Of a DNA stretch of 64,000 nt, positions 11,993-24,900 are shown piece after piece. Both the position numbers and the translations under genes were made by a program. Source of the stretch: Flectonema sp. DT1601 (taxonomy: Eukaryota); contig OZ025796.1 in assembly GCA_964019425.1 (NCBI GenBank), positions 1,240,001-1,304,000 of the forward strand, read 5' to 3'. The stretch's first letter is position 1, and every line of letters begins with the position of its first letter. Under the pieces are notes generated by a model, which saw only the letters and a list, made by a program, of their open reading frames with translations, was not told the origin of the DNA and did not search any database.

Positions 11993-12135
11993 TAATACTA
12001 ACTTGTCTGAAAAGTAAAAAAGATTCAAATGTAATTGATTTTATGATGAACTGTATCAAATATCTTCAGAAAAAAAAAAAAAAAAAAAAAAATACTCACA
12101 ATTATATTTCGAAGTAAAAAGAGACAACACAAAAA

Positions 12136-13308
12136 ATGACTGCAGTCATCATCTCAATTATTATGACGTGTGCGGTCAGTCCTCCAGAAGTACCTCCGCA
12201 GTTTACTTCGAACATCGAACAGATGGCAGGTTACACTTTTGGAAAATGGAGTACTGGTTCTCTTGTATATGATCGATCTCATAGTAGACTTAAACTTTAT
12301 TCATCAAACTTAATGGGAGTAGCACCAGTGCAGTGGGAAGGAACACCTTTAGCATGGTCGAATTGGACCCAATGGACTGTTTCTGATGGTACGTATTACA
12401 GTGAGGAGGGTCAATGTAGAAAGTTAATATCTGCTGATCAGTTTAGTGACATGTTTTCATGGGTTGGTGGTTCTAGTTTTTCAGGTACGACAACTATTCG
12501 AAATATCACAACTGATGTTTGGTCACTATTCTCTTCAACAAGTAGACTTCAATACTATGTCACGCCAGCTGGGATTCCAATTCGTTATGTTGCGAATGTG
12601 TCATCTGCTGAAAACCCGTCAGTGTGGCAGAGTACGATTATGGATTTCATGACGTACACGCCGGTAGCGAATCCTTCTGAATTTGCTGATTTTAATAAAA
12701 GTGAAGCATTGCATCCAACGCGATGCCCTCCACCTCAAGATCTGACTCCGATAGTACTCGACATGTACATCTTTCATCCGAGTCGTTATTACAACATATC
12801 TGGTCAGGATACTGCTGATGCTGTTGGTGATACTGCCTTTGTGTGTTTTGACGCTCTGTCTAACCACACTAAGAGTGACAATTATTCTGTTATATCATTG
12901 TACAGTGTGGAAGTATACCCTCAATTCGGTCAATATAAACAATGTAATTTCTACAATCCTTCTGTTTGTCTTGGTAATGAACCTATTCTTGTTGGGAGAG
13001 CGGGAAGTTGGGCGTTCGGTGAGTTTGGAGGTCAGTGTACATCAAATAATCTGACTGGTAGTTGGTATTCTCTTCCTCCTGCTGGTTTATGTGTTAATGA
13101 CAGTAGGCCAACCTCTCCAGATGTATGCACCTGGAGGATAATTAAAAAAGTAAAAACGATTGACTCAAAATGTCTTACGCAACGAGGAATGCTTTCAGCT
13201 TGTTCTGAAGATGTCAGACTTCCGTATCCAAAAGCGACAAAAATTTTTGTAACCGCATTTAATGAAGATGATCCTTCTAAGGGAGGATGTCCTCCATATT
13301 CTAACTGA
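12136..13308 (+). CDS. Secreted Cys-rich protein, tandem copy 5 (390 aa), mosaic of copy-1 and copy-2/3/4 types
   Basis: Shares VANVSSAENPSVWQ with copies 2-4 but WSNW, IFHPSRYY, KIFVT and the TGA stop with copy 1. Confidence 0.85.
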   Translation: MTAVIISIIMTCAVSPPEVPPQFTSNIEQMAGYTFGKWSTGSLVYDRSHSRLKLYSSNLMGVAPVQWEGTPLAWSNWTQWTVSDGTYYSEEGQCRKLISADQFSDMFSWVGGSSFSGTTTIRNITTDVWSLFSSTSRLQYYVTPAGIPIRYVANVSSAENPSVWQSTIMDFMTYTPVANPSEFADFNKSEALHPTRCPPPQDLTPIVLDMYIFHPSRYYNISGQDTADAVGDTAFVCFDALSNHTKSDNYSVISLYSVEVYPQFGQYKQCNFYNPSVCLGNEPILVGRAGSWAFGEFGGQCTSNNLTGSWYSLPPAGLCVNDSRPTSPDVCTWRIIKKVKTIDSKCLTQRGMLSACSEDVRLPYPKATKIFVTAFNEDDPSKGGCPPYSN

Positions 13309-14971
13309 AGGAACTCTTTAACTTATTAACTTCTCTCTTTTCGGTTCTTTCTGTTGATCAGTTGGACGATTCAAATTTCGATGTTCTCGTTATCGTCTTC
13401 TGATTTCCGGAGGGTTCTCCAAAGTTTATCCTTCGCGGGAGTCTTTGTGGCAAAACAAACCCTTGCGTAGTTGTTATTGTTCGATTTTTACGTACTTTGT
13501 AGTTTCCGATTGCATACGCACAAAAACAAAATGTGAGAATTATTTTTAGTGAGGTGCTGATCCTCGTCATCATGTTAGACTCCCTAGCTTTTTTATTGTT
13601 TTTACTACTTTCGTTATCGTAGCATTCTATGCTCGTACTGTGACCAGTTGGATGTAATCTTCTGGTGTAAAAATGATATTGTTGTTTTGCCAATATCAAT
13701 TTACGAGTTGATTTAAAATTTTTTTTTTTCCCTTCCTCCCTCCTTTCTTCCATTGTTTAGCCTACGATAGAGCTATCGTTACAAAGAATTTTCTTTTCAG
13801 TCAAGTACTTGACGAACTGAGAGCTGACTTAGTGGTCGCTCATCAGATCCCATAAGGGTGTCGGACGGCAGGACGGTTGCTTGATATTAATTTTATATTA
13901 GATTTATATGAGTGAGGTCGTTGTGTAGTCCCCTTCTGTGACTCTACTTCAGGTTAGTCTTGTAAGCCTATCCTTCCGATTCAGTTCTCGTCTTTCCGTC
14001 GATCGTCCCATCCAGGTGTTGATATACATGGTGAGGCTCTCGAAACCCAGCCCAGTATCAAACACCAGACTTCACGTCGAGGATTGGGTCCGAAAATTGC
14101 GTTCTGTTCTGTTGGCGAGCTCTGTCCAAAGTGAGTGACGACATGCGAAAAGAATTGGAGGAATCGTTTGTTTGTTGGGTTCTGTTCGTAGCATTGTCAC
14201 TGTGACGGCGGCCTTATTGAGAATCATCCCTGGTTATTACGTGTGTTGAAAGCCACAGACGTTATAGCGTCAGAATAATACTCGCGTGGTTGGTTGCTCT
14301 CTTCGGAAGGTAGCTTCAGACCCGTCAATTCGCGGAGCCTCATATCAACACACATTACTTAGTTGAACGTGTCCTCTGTACTAACGCTATACTAAGTGTG
14401 ACTGTGACTGATATACGTAATGGTTGGGTTCTTAAGTACTCAGAACTGGTTGCTTGCTAATGTGATGGAATTGACCCGACTTTCGAGTAATTTTCCTTTC
14501 CGGCTTAGTATATTGCATGCGTTGTGGGTGCCTTTTGAGATTTCCCCTTTATTTTGGAAAAAAAAAAAAAAAAAAGGAATAAAAACCCTTTAAAGGGGTA
14601 CGAATATTAAAGTTGTCAAATATGCTAAACTTTGTCCTACGATTTATTTTAAAATTTTGATTGACTGATTACCACTAATAGACAATAGTACTAACTTTAC
14701 TGTTTACTTTAGTACGTAACTTTTTAGCTACCATTCTAAAAATAAAGCTTATTAATGTCTCATTCCCTTTCTTCCATATTCTAACCTAGTAGGATGGAGA
14801 TATCCTGGTAGTATTTTGATCGATACCAAAAAAATGAATTTCAACTCATCAAAAAAAAAAAAAAAATATTGATACAAAAAAAAGTTGAAGTCAGAAAATG
14901 TCATTTTCTTATTTACAAAATTACTTTGAAAAAAAAAAATAGCAACACAAAAAAAAAAAAAAAAAAAAAAG

Positions 14972-16208
14972 ATGTCCGGAAGCCATGACACTTCAGCACC
15001 AATTGCGATTGGTGGAAAAGGAGCCAGTGGTCGGGGGGAGATGGCAGCAACTTCTGGAGCGTTTTCTCTAGACGGCAGATCATACCTTAGAAGTTATGAA
15101 GAACAAGTGTCAATAAATTATGATTCTATAGAATTAGTTTATGACAAACCAGAAAAAAAAGAAAAAAGAGAAATGACAGACGGGAACTTAGAAGACATAA
15201 AGAAACAATTATCTGAAGGTATCATGGGATACTTCAGAACAAAGACTAGTTACGACTCGATCAACACGTCAACACAAGTAGTTGTTATTGACGTTCATCT
15301 ACCTCTACGAACTGCTTTTATAAGTGCTCTTGAAAACAAAGTTTCATTCGGAGTATTGTGGAACTCTTCAACAGAAGAATATGTTGGGATTATGACCGTG
15401 ACTGATTATATAAATATTTTATTAAGAACAAGAACCTCATCAGAATCAATCGTCGATCTCCAAAACGACAACATTGACAGATGGATGGAATACAGTTGGG
15501 TTAAAGAACGTCGTAAGGAATTCACTTCCGTTAGAATGGACTACGAAGTCTATGATGCGCTTCTTTTATTGCAACGAAACAAAATTAGTCATGTTCCTAT
15601 CATGAGTCATGCAGCAGAGGTAGTCTCTGTGTTGACATATCCAGGCATTCTATCACTCGCTTTGAATAGATTGGCGGAAGTTTCTGATCAAGAATGGTTG
15701 CATTTGTTGGATTATTCTGTGAAAGATTTAAAGATTGGATCTTACAACGATGACATGACTACAGTTAGACTTGAGACTCCTGTTTATGAGATTTTGGAAT
15801 TGTTGATTTCAGAAGGTATTCATTGCCTTCCTATTGTTGATCATCAACGAAGGTGCCTCGACGTCTTCACTCGATCAGATGTAATGCACATTGAGCAGAG
15901 TGGTACCTATGATATAGAAATCAGTCTCGCTTCAGCTATTCAAAACCGACCTCGTCATCCAGTCTTTTGCTTCTCACCAGATGACACATTGTCTCAGGTT
16001 ATGAAACATATTAATAAATGTGGAGTATGTATTTTGTGTATTTTATTTTATTTCAACTTATTAAAACAACAACAACAAACATCAACATCAACATCAGGTT
16101 AACACACTCGTTGCAGTTGATAGTGAAGATAGAGTGTCGGGCTCCCTTTCAGTTCTTGACATCTTTAGTTGGTTGTTGTCGGCTGGTGAGGGAGATTCGA
16201 AGACGTAG
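14972..16208 (+). CDS. CBS-domain protein, AMP-activated kinase gamma subunit (SNF4/PRKAG)-like; exons 14972-16024, 16098-16208
   Basis: SYD..VVVIDVHLPLRTAF, LWNS..YVGIMTVTDYI, LPIVD..DVFTRSDV; splicing intron 16025-16097 (GTATGT..CAG) restores the CBS4 end VNTLVAVDSEDRVSGSLSVLDIF. Confidence 0.85.
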
Positions 16209-16898
16209 ATAACTAATTTCCCTACGTGGTCACTCATTTAGACCTTCACGGTAAATTACAGTGGAGGAGTTCTCTGTTTGTTGAAGTTCACTCGTTAGAA
16301 TAACTATTCTTGGGATTGGTTGCAGACTTGCGTAGTCTTTTTGTTGACTATTGACGCTTTTGGGTGAGTTTTTTTTTTCTTTTATTTTTCTGTATTATAT
16401 TTTCAAAAAGGAAAGTTTTTTTTTTTTTTTTTTCATTCCTTACTGGTTATCCTTTGCGGGGTCTTTCCCCTTTTTACCTTTTTTTTTTCTTATCTGTGAG
16501 ACCAACCAATTTAAGAGAAGAACGAACGGACGAGTTTCTTTGTATTGCAGATGGTTATCGACCGTGTTTTTGTATTGCAGCCGAATACGTTAACTTCAAC
16601 TTCGCTGTTTTTGATCCAGTCCAGCTATGTTGTTTTGAGGCTTTTAGGTTATACCGATGCCACAATCATCTATGATGGCACTTTATAAGTTTAAAACTAA
16701 ATGCAAAGGGGTGGTTTTACGTGTGCATGTTAACGTTCGTTTTCTTTTTTTTTGGGGGAGTGGTTTGTATGACTAAGCGTGTCTCTGACATTGCAGGAAA
16801 AAAATAAATAAATAAACTAACAAACAAACATGATAAGGACTCCCGCAACTCACTGTGGCTGTACGATAATATTTCAAGAGGAGGAAAGTTTCTCGTGT

Positions 16899-16935
<37 letters not shown>

Positions 16936-17101
16936 AAACAAAAAAAAACGCTGTTACGATCATCAATGCTTTTGTTAGCATTGATTCTCTTATGGTTAGG
17001 AAATACTGATCCGCTGTGTGTCTGTCAACACTTCGTGTTGTCATCTGATTGTGTGACGTTATAATATTATCTATAACAGGTACTCATAACAACAAAAAAA
17101 T

Positions 17102-18288
17102 ATGAGCACTTTCAATTGCAACACGTGCGGAGTATCCTTTGAAGGAAGAGATGCAATGAAATCTCACTATGAAGGAGATCTTCACAGAGAGAATGTAAAG
17201 CGTAGAGTTAACGGTCTGGTTCCCCTATCACAAGCGGTGTTAGGAGCAAGAACACACAAGACCACAACTAGCATGGCTACTACTGGATACAAGTGTAAGA
17301 TTTGTGATAAGAGATTCTCAACTCCACAGACTTTAGGATCTCACATTCAATCAAAACAACACAGAGAGAAGAAAGCTAAACTACAGGAAGCTGAACTTCG
17401 TAAGAAGGTCCTCGCTGAGCTCGAAGCAGAGGAAGATGAAGAAAGTGAATCCTTGGAGTCTTCTGCCTCCCTAGACTCACTCTTAGACTGCGAACCGTGG
17501 GAAGCAACAGCAGAAAAGGTTGGAGATGAAGACAAGTTAACAGCAACTGACTGTTTGTTCTGCTGTATTCGTGCTCCTGATGCTGAATCTAACTTGTGCC
17601 ACATGGCGAAAACCCACAACTTTACCCTCCCACTCGCCGGTAACGTCAGTGATGTTAATGGTCTATTAGAGTATTGCGCATTGAAGTTAAATGCGTGTGT
17701 TTGTCTTGTGTGTGGATTGGAAAAAAAGCAATACGATACTCGTAGAGCTTGCCAAGACCACATGCAAGCCGCAGGTCACAATATGATTAAATTGAATGAC
17801 GAAGATGAATACCAAGAATTTTATGACAACTCGGTTTCATTTAAGAAGAAGGCACCAATCGGAGAGGCTGCTACTAGAGATGGGGTTCTTACCCTTAAGT
17901 CTGGTGCGCATATACACTCAAACTTTGAGTATAAGAGTCACCAGGCACCGATTCAATTAAGACCTGACCTCACAGCTGAGGAAGCCAAGGAACAAAAACT
18001 TCTTACAATGCAAACAAAGGGTCACCACACAGCTGTAGCAATGAACAGATACAGAAATCTCCTTGATGCTCGTGAAAAACTTGGAAAGAAGGAAGAGAGA
18101 ATTGAACGTCAGCACACAAGACAACAACAAAAGCAGAGAATGCGTCTCGGTGTGCATCTGAACTGTCTGCATGGAAAGGTTTGTCTATTTTCTTTATTAT
18201 TGTTATTATTCTTTTCTTTTTGTCTATACGCTCACTAAAATACCTCAAACAGGGATACCAAGGAGATTATGTTGGTAAGACATTATAG
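17102..18288 (+). CDS. REI1: C2H2 zinc-finger pre-60S maturation factor, REI1/ZNF622 family; exons 17102-18178, 18253-18288
   Basis: CNTC..HY..HRENVKRRVNGLVPL, CKICDKRF..HIQSKQH, DCLFC..HMAKTHNF, CLVC..HMQAAGH; intron 18179-18252 gives C-terminus HGKGYQGDYVGKTL*. Confidence 0.88.
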
Positions 18289-18962
18289 TCTGGTTGTCGC
18301 TATCTCTTCAGATGTTAGTCATCTTATATTTTTGTCACATTACGTTATCGGTAAGTTTATGGTTTCGCCTTCCTCTCCCCTTTGTTACATGATCTCTGTA
18401 CGTGGCAAGAACGAAAAAAAAAAAAAAAAAAACGGTAGCCTAGGAACAGAACTGCTTTCACTAACAAAAGCAACAGTTCAAGCTGCCCGTGAAATTCTCT
18501 TTTTGTTGATCGCTGAGAGTTTTAGTTTTTTTTTTTTTTTTTTTGTTTGCCAAAGAAACAAAAAAAAAAAAAAAAAAAAAAATACGTACGCTGGTTTAAC
18601 TTGAGCAACCTGACACCAGCAGAAGATTAAAAAAAAAGAAGAAAAAAAAAAAAATATAACAAAGTAAGCCATAAAAAGAAAATCATCTTCCTCTTACAAA
18701 CAAAAAAAAAAAAATATTAAAAAAAAAAAAAACAAGATCCCAAAAAAAGAGAGCTCAGAAGTTATCTATCCCCACTGTAAGCTGCTCCGCGTCAGTAATC
18801 ATATTATTAGTCTGTTGGTGTTTATGTTATGTTTTGGATATCGTCGTTAAGAATCTTTTCACAGCAACCATTATTATTAACAACTGAGAGAACTGATTAT
18901 TATTATCTATTTAGTGTGTTGGTTAATACGTTCTTCCTTTAACAGGCATTTTTAAATAAAAG

Positions 18963-21900
18963 ATGCTTCGCCGTATTATGATAATGTTGTTGGTGTTGGC
19001 CGCTGTAGAAGGAGCGGAGAATGTGACAGAGTCGGAGTCGCTGTGGACAACTCCTTCAACAGGAGAGGTGTTTTTGGGAGCAGCAGCATTTGGAATCTGT
19101 AGTGGATTGACCTTATACACTCCTTTAGGAATTCCTGTCGTCACTTGGATGGCTGAACACGGTATGCTTGGACTTGTTTGGGAACCTGCTGCAACATTCG
19201 TCGCAACTCACACCGCGCAAGCCGCAGTTGCAGTTGGAACGTCAATGGTTCCTGCCACAGTAGTAGCCAAGCGTGTTCTATCATCGATATTCACACCCAG
19301 TTCGAATCCGGTTGAAACCACAAAACCCGTCGTTCACAAACCTAAACCTAACAAAGCTATACCAACACGGGAGGAAGTGAAGCAACCGACAAAATCTACT
19401 ACTCCGTCAGAAACCAAAACTGATGACAAAAAGCGAGTGACTCCACCACAAGAAGTACCAAAAGAGAAGATAAAGCCATCAGTTAAAGAACAGCCAGTGA
19501 AGAAACTTATTAATATCGGAGTCGAGGGTGTTAATCAGCCATTGAACTTGACGTCAATCACATATGTTCCAAAACCACAACCAAAGCCAGCAGCTGTTGA
19601 GGAACCTCCTCAAGTTTCCGAGCCGATTAAGAAGGTGTCTGGAAGACCAAAAAAGCAACCTTTTCAAAATGATGACTGGACTCAATTTATTTTAATAGGA
19701 GTTTCGTTCATTGTTGTGGTGTTGTGGATGGAGGGTGTTCTAACGAGGAAGACACCTCCGGTTGTGACACGATCACCGCCGACACCGGTACCGTCACCAA
19801 AACCAGTAAAGCAGTCATCACCAGATACTGTTTATGTTGATGACATTATGAAGGTTTGTCAGACATTAGGTGTTCCAGGGCATCCTTGGGGGACTCCTTC
19901 ACCAGCTCAAGAGAGCCCAGTAATGTTCAACGATCCTATTCACAATGCTTTGTCGCAATCGGTTGTCGCGAAGTTGGAATCAAAAATTGAAAGTACTGAC
20001 GGGAAAATAAACGAACTCCTCAACCTTCTAAAGGGACCTTATTCTGAGAATACCCAAACCAACCAGCTTGAAACACGACTACAAGAAACAGAAGGTAAGA
20101 TCTCCAGAGTTCTGGACATTATTTCTGCCAAGTCGAGAGAGAGAACAAGCGCTGCTGACACCGTTCAGAAATTAGAAAAGAAAATGGAACAGCAAGGCAG
20201 TCAAATGGAAGAGCTTCTGAGCTTAGTTAAAACAACTCAAATCGATGAGTCAACAAAGTCTATTCCAGCAGACAATACTATCCTTGATCAAATATTATCA
20301 AAAGTATCCACAACAGAGACACGCATGACTGATTCTTTAGAACAACAAAACAAGATTATAAAAATCATAGCTACCAGTGAAGATCCTGCTAAGGAGAGAA
20401 CAAACCTTATACTTGAAAAAATCTCTGAGACAGCAGCGCAACAAACGGATATTTGCAACACCCTCTCAAGCAATGAAGGTGAGGTAGAGAAGCTGTTGCA
20501 GTTTGTCAGACAAACAGCAAATGAATCGATTGAGAATAATAAATCTGAAATCATATTATCAAAAATTGCTAATCAGCAGTTAGAACTACTTCAAGCTGTT
20601 CAGCAGAACACCACCAAACCTTTACTTGATGATAGAATCGACGTGTTGCTATCTCAACAGGCAGAGATCTTTCAGGTAATTCAACAACAAAAAGATCAAC
20701 CTGCCAATGATGATAAAATGGACTTCTTGTTGTCAAAAGTTTCAACGTGTTGTAATCAACAAGAACAACTTGTTAATGCCAGTCGTCAGCATAATGAATT
20801 GATATTATCAAAAATAGACAGGTCTTGTGAAAATCAAGAAACAGTTTTACAAATAACCAAACAACAAAAAGAGAATATTGATACCAAAAACAACACAACT
20901 ACTTCACTAATAACCAACTTAGCCGAAACAAACACCAAAGCTCTATCAAAGTTGGACAATCAGTTGCAAAAGAATCAATCACAGACCAATAAAGTCTTAC
21001 TTGATATAACTAATACGGTACGAAAGCCTGTCCACAATGACAATACAGAAATAAATAAAATAATTAAAGATCATCACAGCGAGATAAATAAATTAGTGAC
21101 AGCAATACCTGTTTCGAATAGCAATGAGTCTGTTCTTGAGAAAATTCAGTCTGATGTTGCAATCATTTCTAGAGATCATCGTGTTTCAGATTCAGTAGAA
21201 AAACTGCAAAAATACGTCCAAGAAATACCAGGTTTGATCACAACTAATTGTGCTTCTAAGAGTGACTTAGTTGAAATTAGCTCAAATCAAAAAAAGAATT
21301 CCCAAAACATTCAAAACAATCTAACAGAATTAACACAACGCGTTCAATCAATCAGTAATAATATTACTCAACAACGCGATGCTGTCATTTCGATTCGGGA
21401 CTCCAGTCATGTTGTTAATTCGTTAGTTAAGGAATCAGCTTCTAGTACTGCGTCGCTATCATCTACGATGGGAAGTATCTTACAATTAATCACAAGTATA
21501 AGTGATGGATCTCTTGCTGTTATTGAAAATGAGCTGTCGGAGATGTCAGCAGTAATTCAGAATCAGAATGAGGAAACGAGTTCCCAATTTAAACAAGTCT
21601 TTGAGCTCTGTCGTACTCAAGAAGAACACCACTCACCAGCAGTGTCACCAATTATGGAAACTACCTCTTCATCAAATGACATCTACGGCAGTGATCCTAA
21701 ATTTGTTGATATTATAAAGTCACTTGCGAATCACCTCTCTGATAAAATAAACTCATCTAAGTCTGACATCATTCTTAAATTAAACGATATCACACTTCCA
21801 ACACTCGAAACAAAACCAATCATCACATCCAATTCAGACTTAGAAGACGTCAAAAATTCAATTTCAATGGGAATCAGTGGAGTAGTTAAATTCTTAGACG

Positions 21901-24900
21901 AACATATTGCTTCTCTGATCACAACGTGTAATGATGGAACTGCTGCTCAGTTGGAGCAAATTGCGTTGTTATTAGAACAGCAGTCGAATGATGGAAACAG
22001 TAATTGGAGTGAAACTGTTAGAGTGTTGGCTGAATTGTCAAATTCAGTGTCGTTGCAGTCTGAACTGTCATCTGATGAGAACATTTTTGAAATGAAAAAA
22101 ATATTATCAAACATCGCATCGTCTCAAAGTGTTGTCCAAGATTCGATTAAACAACGGACATCGACGACTGAGATTACAGAAATGAATGAATCTCTAAGAA
22201 GATTCATTTCAAGTAAACACCAAGAACTCGAACAATCAATTCAACACCATGAAAGTAACAAAATGAAAGCCATCACTGAAACGTTAAAAGCAATCCACTC
22301 GGCTAGAGACATGTTATTGTCAGAAGAGATCCCAGATAATTCTCAAACAAGTAGTTTATCGTTGATGTTAAAAACTGAATTAGACAACATAAACAATGCT
22401 CTGCTAGACATTAAAACAATCCAATCTCGTGATCAGGATCATTACGCGGTAGCTGTACAGACATTGTCAAAGACGAGAGAACCACATGAAACAAAGACAG
22501 TCGATGGAGAAATTATTAAAAACGATAACCCAACGTTATCAGGAGAACTTAATAACGATATCACTTTAATCAAAGAACACATCGTCGGAGGAGTGACTCT
22601 CGACGACTTAGACAGACGACTACTTGATATGGATGACTTGCTCTTATCACTTCAAACAGACAAGGAATTAAAACAACAAGAAGGCGACCAACTGGTCGGT
22701 GCATTACTCGGTATCAAAGATTTACTTGTAAGCAAACAAACAGACGCTGAAGGTGAACCATCTGAATTAAGAGAACTTGTCACTATGAACAATGAAACGC
22801 TACTGAAGGAAATAAAATCTTTAGAAACGAGAGTACTAAAATCAGTTTCCCAAAATGAAAAATCTTCATCAGAGATTACAACAGCGACAGAGAAGATGAC
22901 CAACGCTGCTGATGAATTGCAGCAAAACTTATTAGTTCCGAAATCGTTGAATGAAGTCGTCAGTAGTTTATCAAAAGTATCATCAGAATTACAGTCCGCA
23001 TCGATCCTCAAAGAAATGAAAGACGTGATGGGTAAATGGCAAGGAGAACTCGTTGTAATGATCCAATCACTTCTACTAGACGACATGGTACCACAACTTC
23101 AGACTGTCGATCGTAGTGTAAAAGATGAAATCATCGCGAAACAAGACAAGGTTTTAACATCCCTAACGTCATTAATAATTCAAACACAGTCAGAGTCTAC
23201 AGAAGAATCGATTAATGAAATTACTATAAAATCAGCGATCTCAGAAGCGATGCTGTCGGCTACTTCAGGTCTCGAAGAAACCATTCTAATGGCATTGAAG
23301 ATAAACAAGACTTCAATCGGAAACGATCAAATTGAACTGCTGTCTGAAAAGGTTTCAGAGTCGGTCACTTTAGCAACAAGTGGCTTGGAACAAACAATCC
23401 TAATGGGGTTGAAATCGATGTCACAAACTACTAATGAAGTAAACTTATCCAAAGAGAGTCTCCAGGGAATTGAGCAATCGATAACGTCATCGTCAGACTC
23501 AACTAGAGAACAGCTTCAAACAATTTCACGGAACACATCAAACTTGGAGCAAACCATCTCCAACACAATGAAGACATTATCCAATCAGTCAGCTGTTGGT
23601 GTTGAAGTACCAATCAATTCAGAGGTACGTTCTAAAATAGATAACATCTCCAGTCTCGTGACTAGCCTTATTATATCTAAAGAGGAATCGACTCATGCTC
23701 TAACTCAGGCAACAGAGGCAGGTAGTCTTAACAACGTTGTCGTGAAGGATATTTTAACAAAATTAGAAGAAGTGCAAGCAGTTCAGAAGAAAACAGAAGA
23801 AAGCTATGAGTCTCACATGGGACAAATTCAGCCAACTTTAGTAAAAACCGGCGCTTTGTTGGAAAAAACAACTGCAGTCGTAGAGAAGGCTTCTGAAGGT
23901 GACGCAACTGTAACGAATCAGCTCACGGAGTTCTCTAACGAACTGGGTGGTATTAGCTCTCTTCTGTCAAACAAGGAGTCCACAACAGTCAGCGAACAAA
24001 TGGAAAACATTGTTAAGCAGCTTACTGATAGTTCTGAGAAGCAACAACAACATCTACTCGGAAAGTTAGGTCATCTAAAGAAGTTATTAACTGAAAGTAT
24101 CACAACATCTGAGTTATGCTGTCATGAGACAAACACAGTAGCACAACTACTGGGTAAGGATGATGAAGACTCTGGCAGGCCAGAAATGACCTTCTGTATG
24201 AAGATAAATAAAATATTAGAAACCACATCCACCACAACAGAACTAGACATGGTGAAGTTCGACGACTTATTAAAAGTTTATCAAAATACTATTCTGAAGG
24301 AAGTGACTTCAAAGATTGATCAGGTTACTGAAAGTGGTGGCCTTCCTTCAAAACAATTAACTAACCTGATTGAAGAATCATCGAAGAGTATTACAACAAC
24401 TATTAGTAGTCAGCTGTCTGAACAATCTCCTGCTAATCCAAATCAATTAAAACAACTTCTGTCTGTTGTCACAACCAAAGTTGACGAACTCGGAAATCAA
24501 CTGAAGGAACTCATCAACGAGAAACCTGGAGACGAACTCTCAACAAAATTAGAAGAGCTAACCAACTTGTTGACTGAGGCTGCGAAAACAGACATCACAT
24601 CGAAGGTCGAGGAACTTGGAACTCAAATCAAGGCACTCGGAGATGAGAAGACTGAGGACGGTGAACTCTCAACAAAACTAGAAGTGATCACCAACTTGTT
24701 GACTGAGGCTGCGAAAACAGACATCACGTCGAAGGTCGAGGAACTTGGAACTCAAATCAAGGCACTCGGAGATGAGAAGACTGAGGACGGTGAACTCTCA
24801 ACAAAACTTGAAGTGATCACCAACTTGTTGACTGAGGCTGCGAAAACAGACATCACATCGAAGGTCGAGGAACTTGGAACTCAAATCAAGGCACTCGGAG

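Larger units (their letters stand above)
2544..13345 (+). repeat. Tandem segmental repeat, unit ~3153 bp (gene + spacer), about 3.4 units
   Basis: ATGs at 2678, 5831, 8984, 12136 (spacing 3153, 3153, 3152); spacers almost identical by eye. Confidence 0.95.

Noticed and set aside
229..13308. Diversity-generating retroelement (variable genes next to an RT fragment)
   Set aside because: Differences include non-adenine changes and indels, there is no template repeat, and the RT is a broken LINE-type fragment.
13815..13860. Hammerhead ribozyme cores (CTGATGA on the minus strand here, on the plus strand near 29446; CGAAAC near 5531)
   Set aside because: No correctly placed GAAA or stems I/III could be built.
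14380..14400. actaacgctatactaagt resembling the 5' end of a kinetoplastid spliced leader (also aactaacgattt near 62435 and gtactatattg near 63708)
   Set aside because: The conserved CAGTTTCTGTAC core and following GT donor are missing; short matches are expected by chance.
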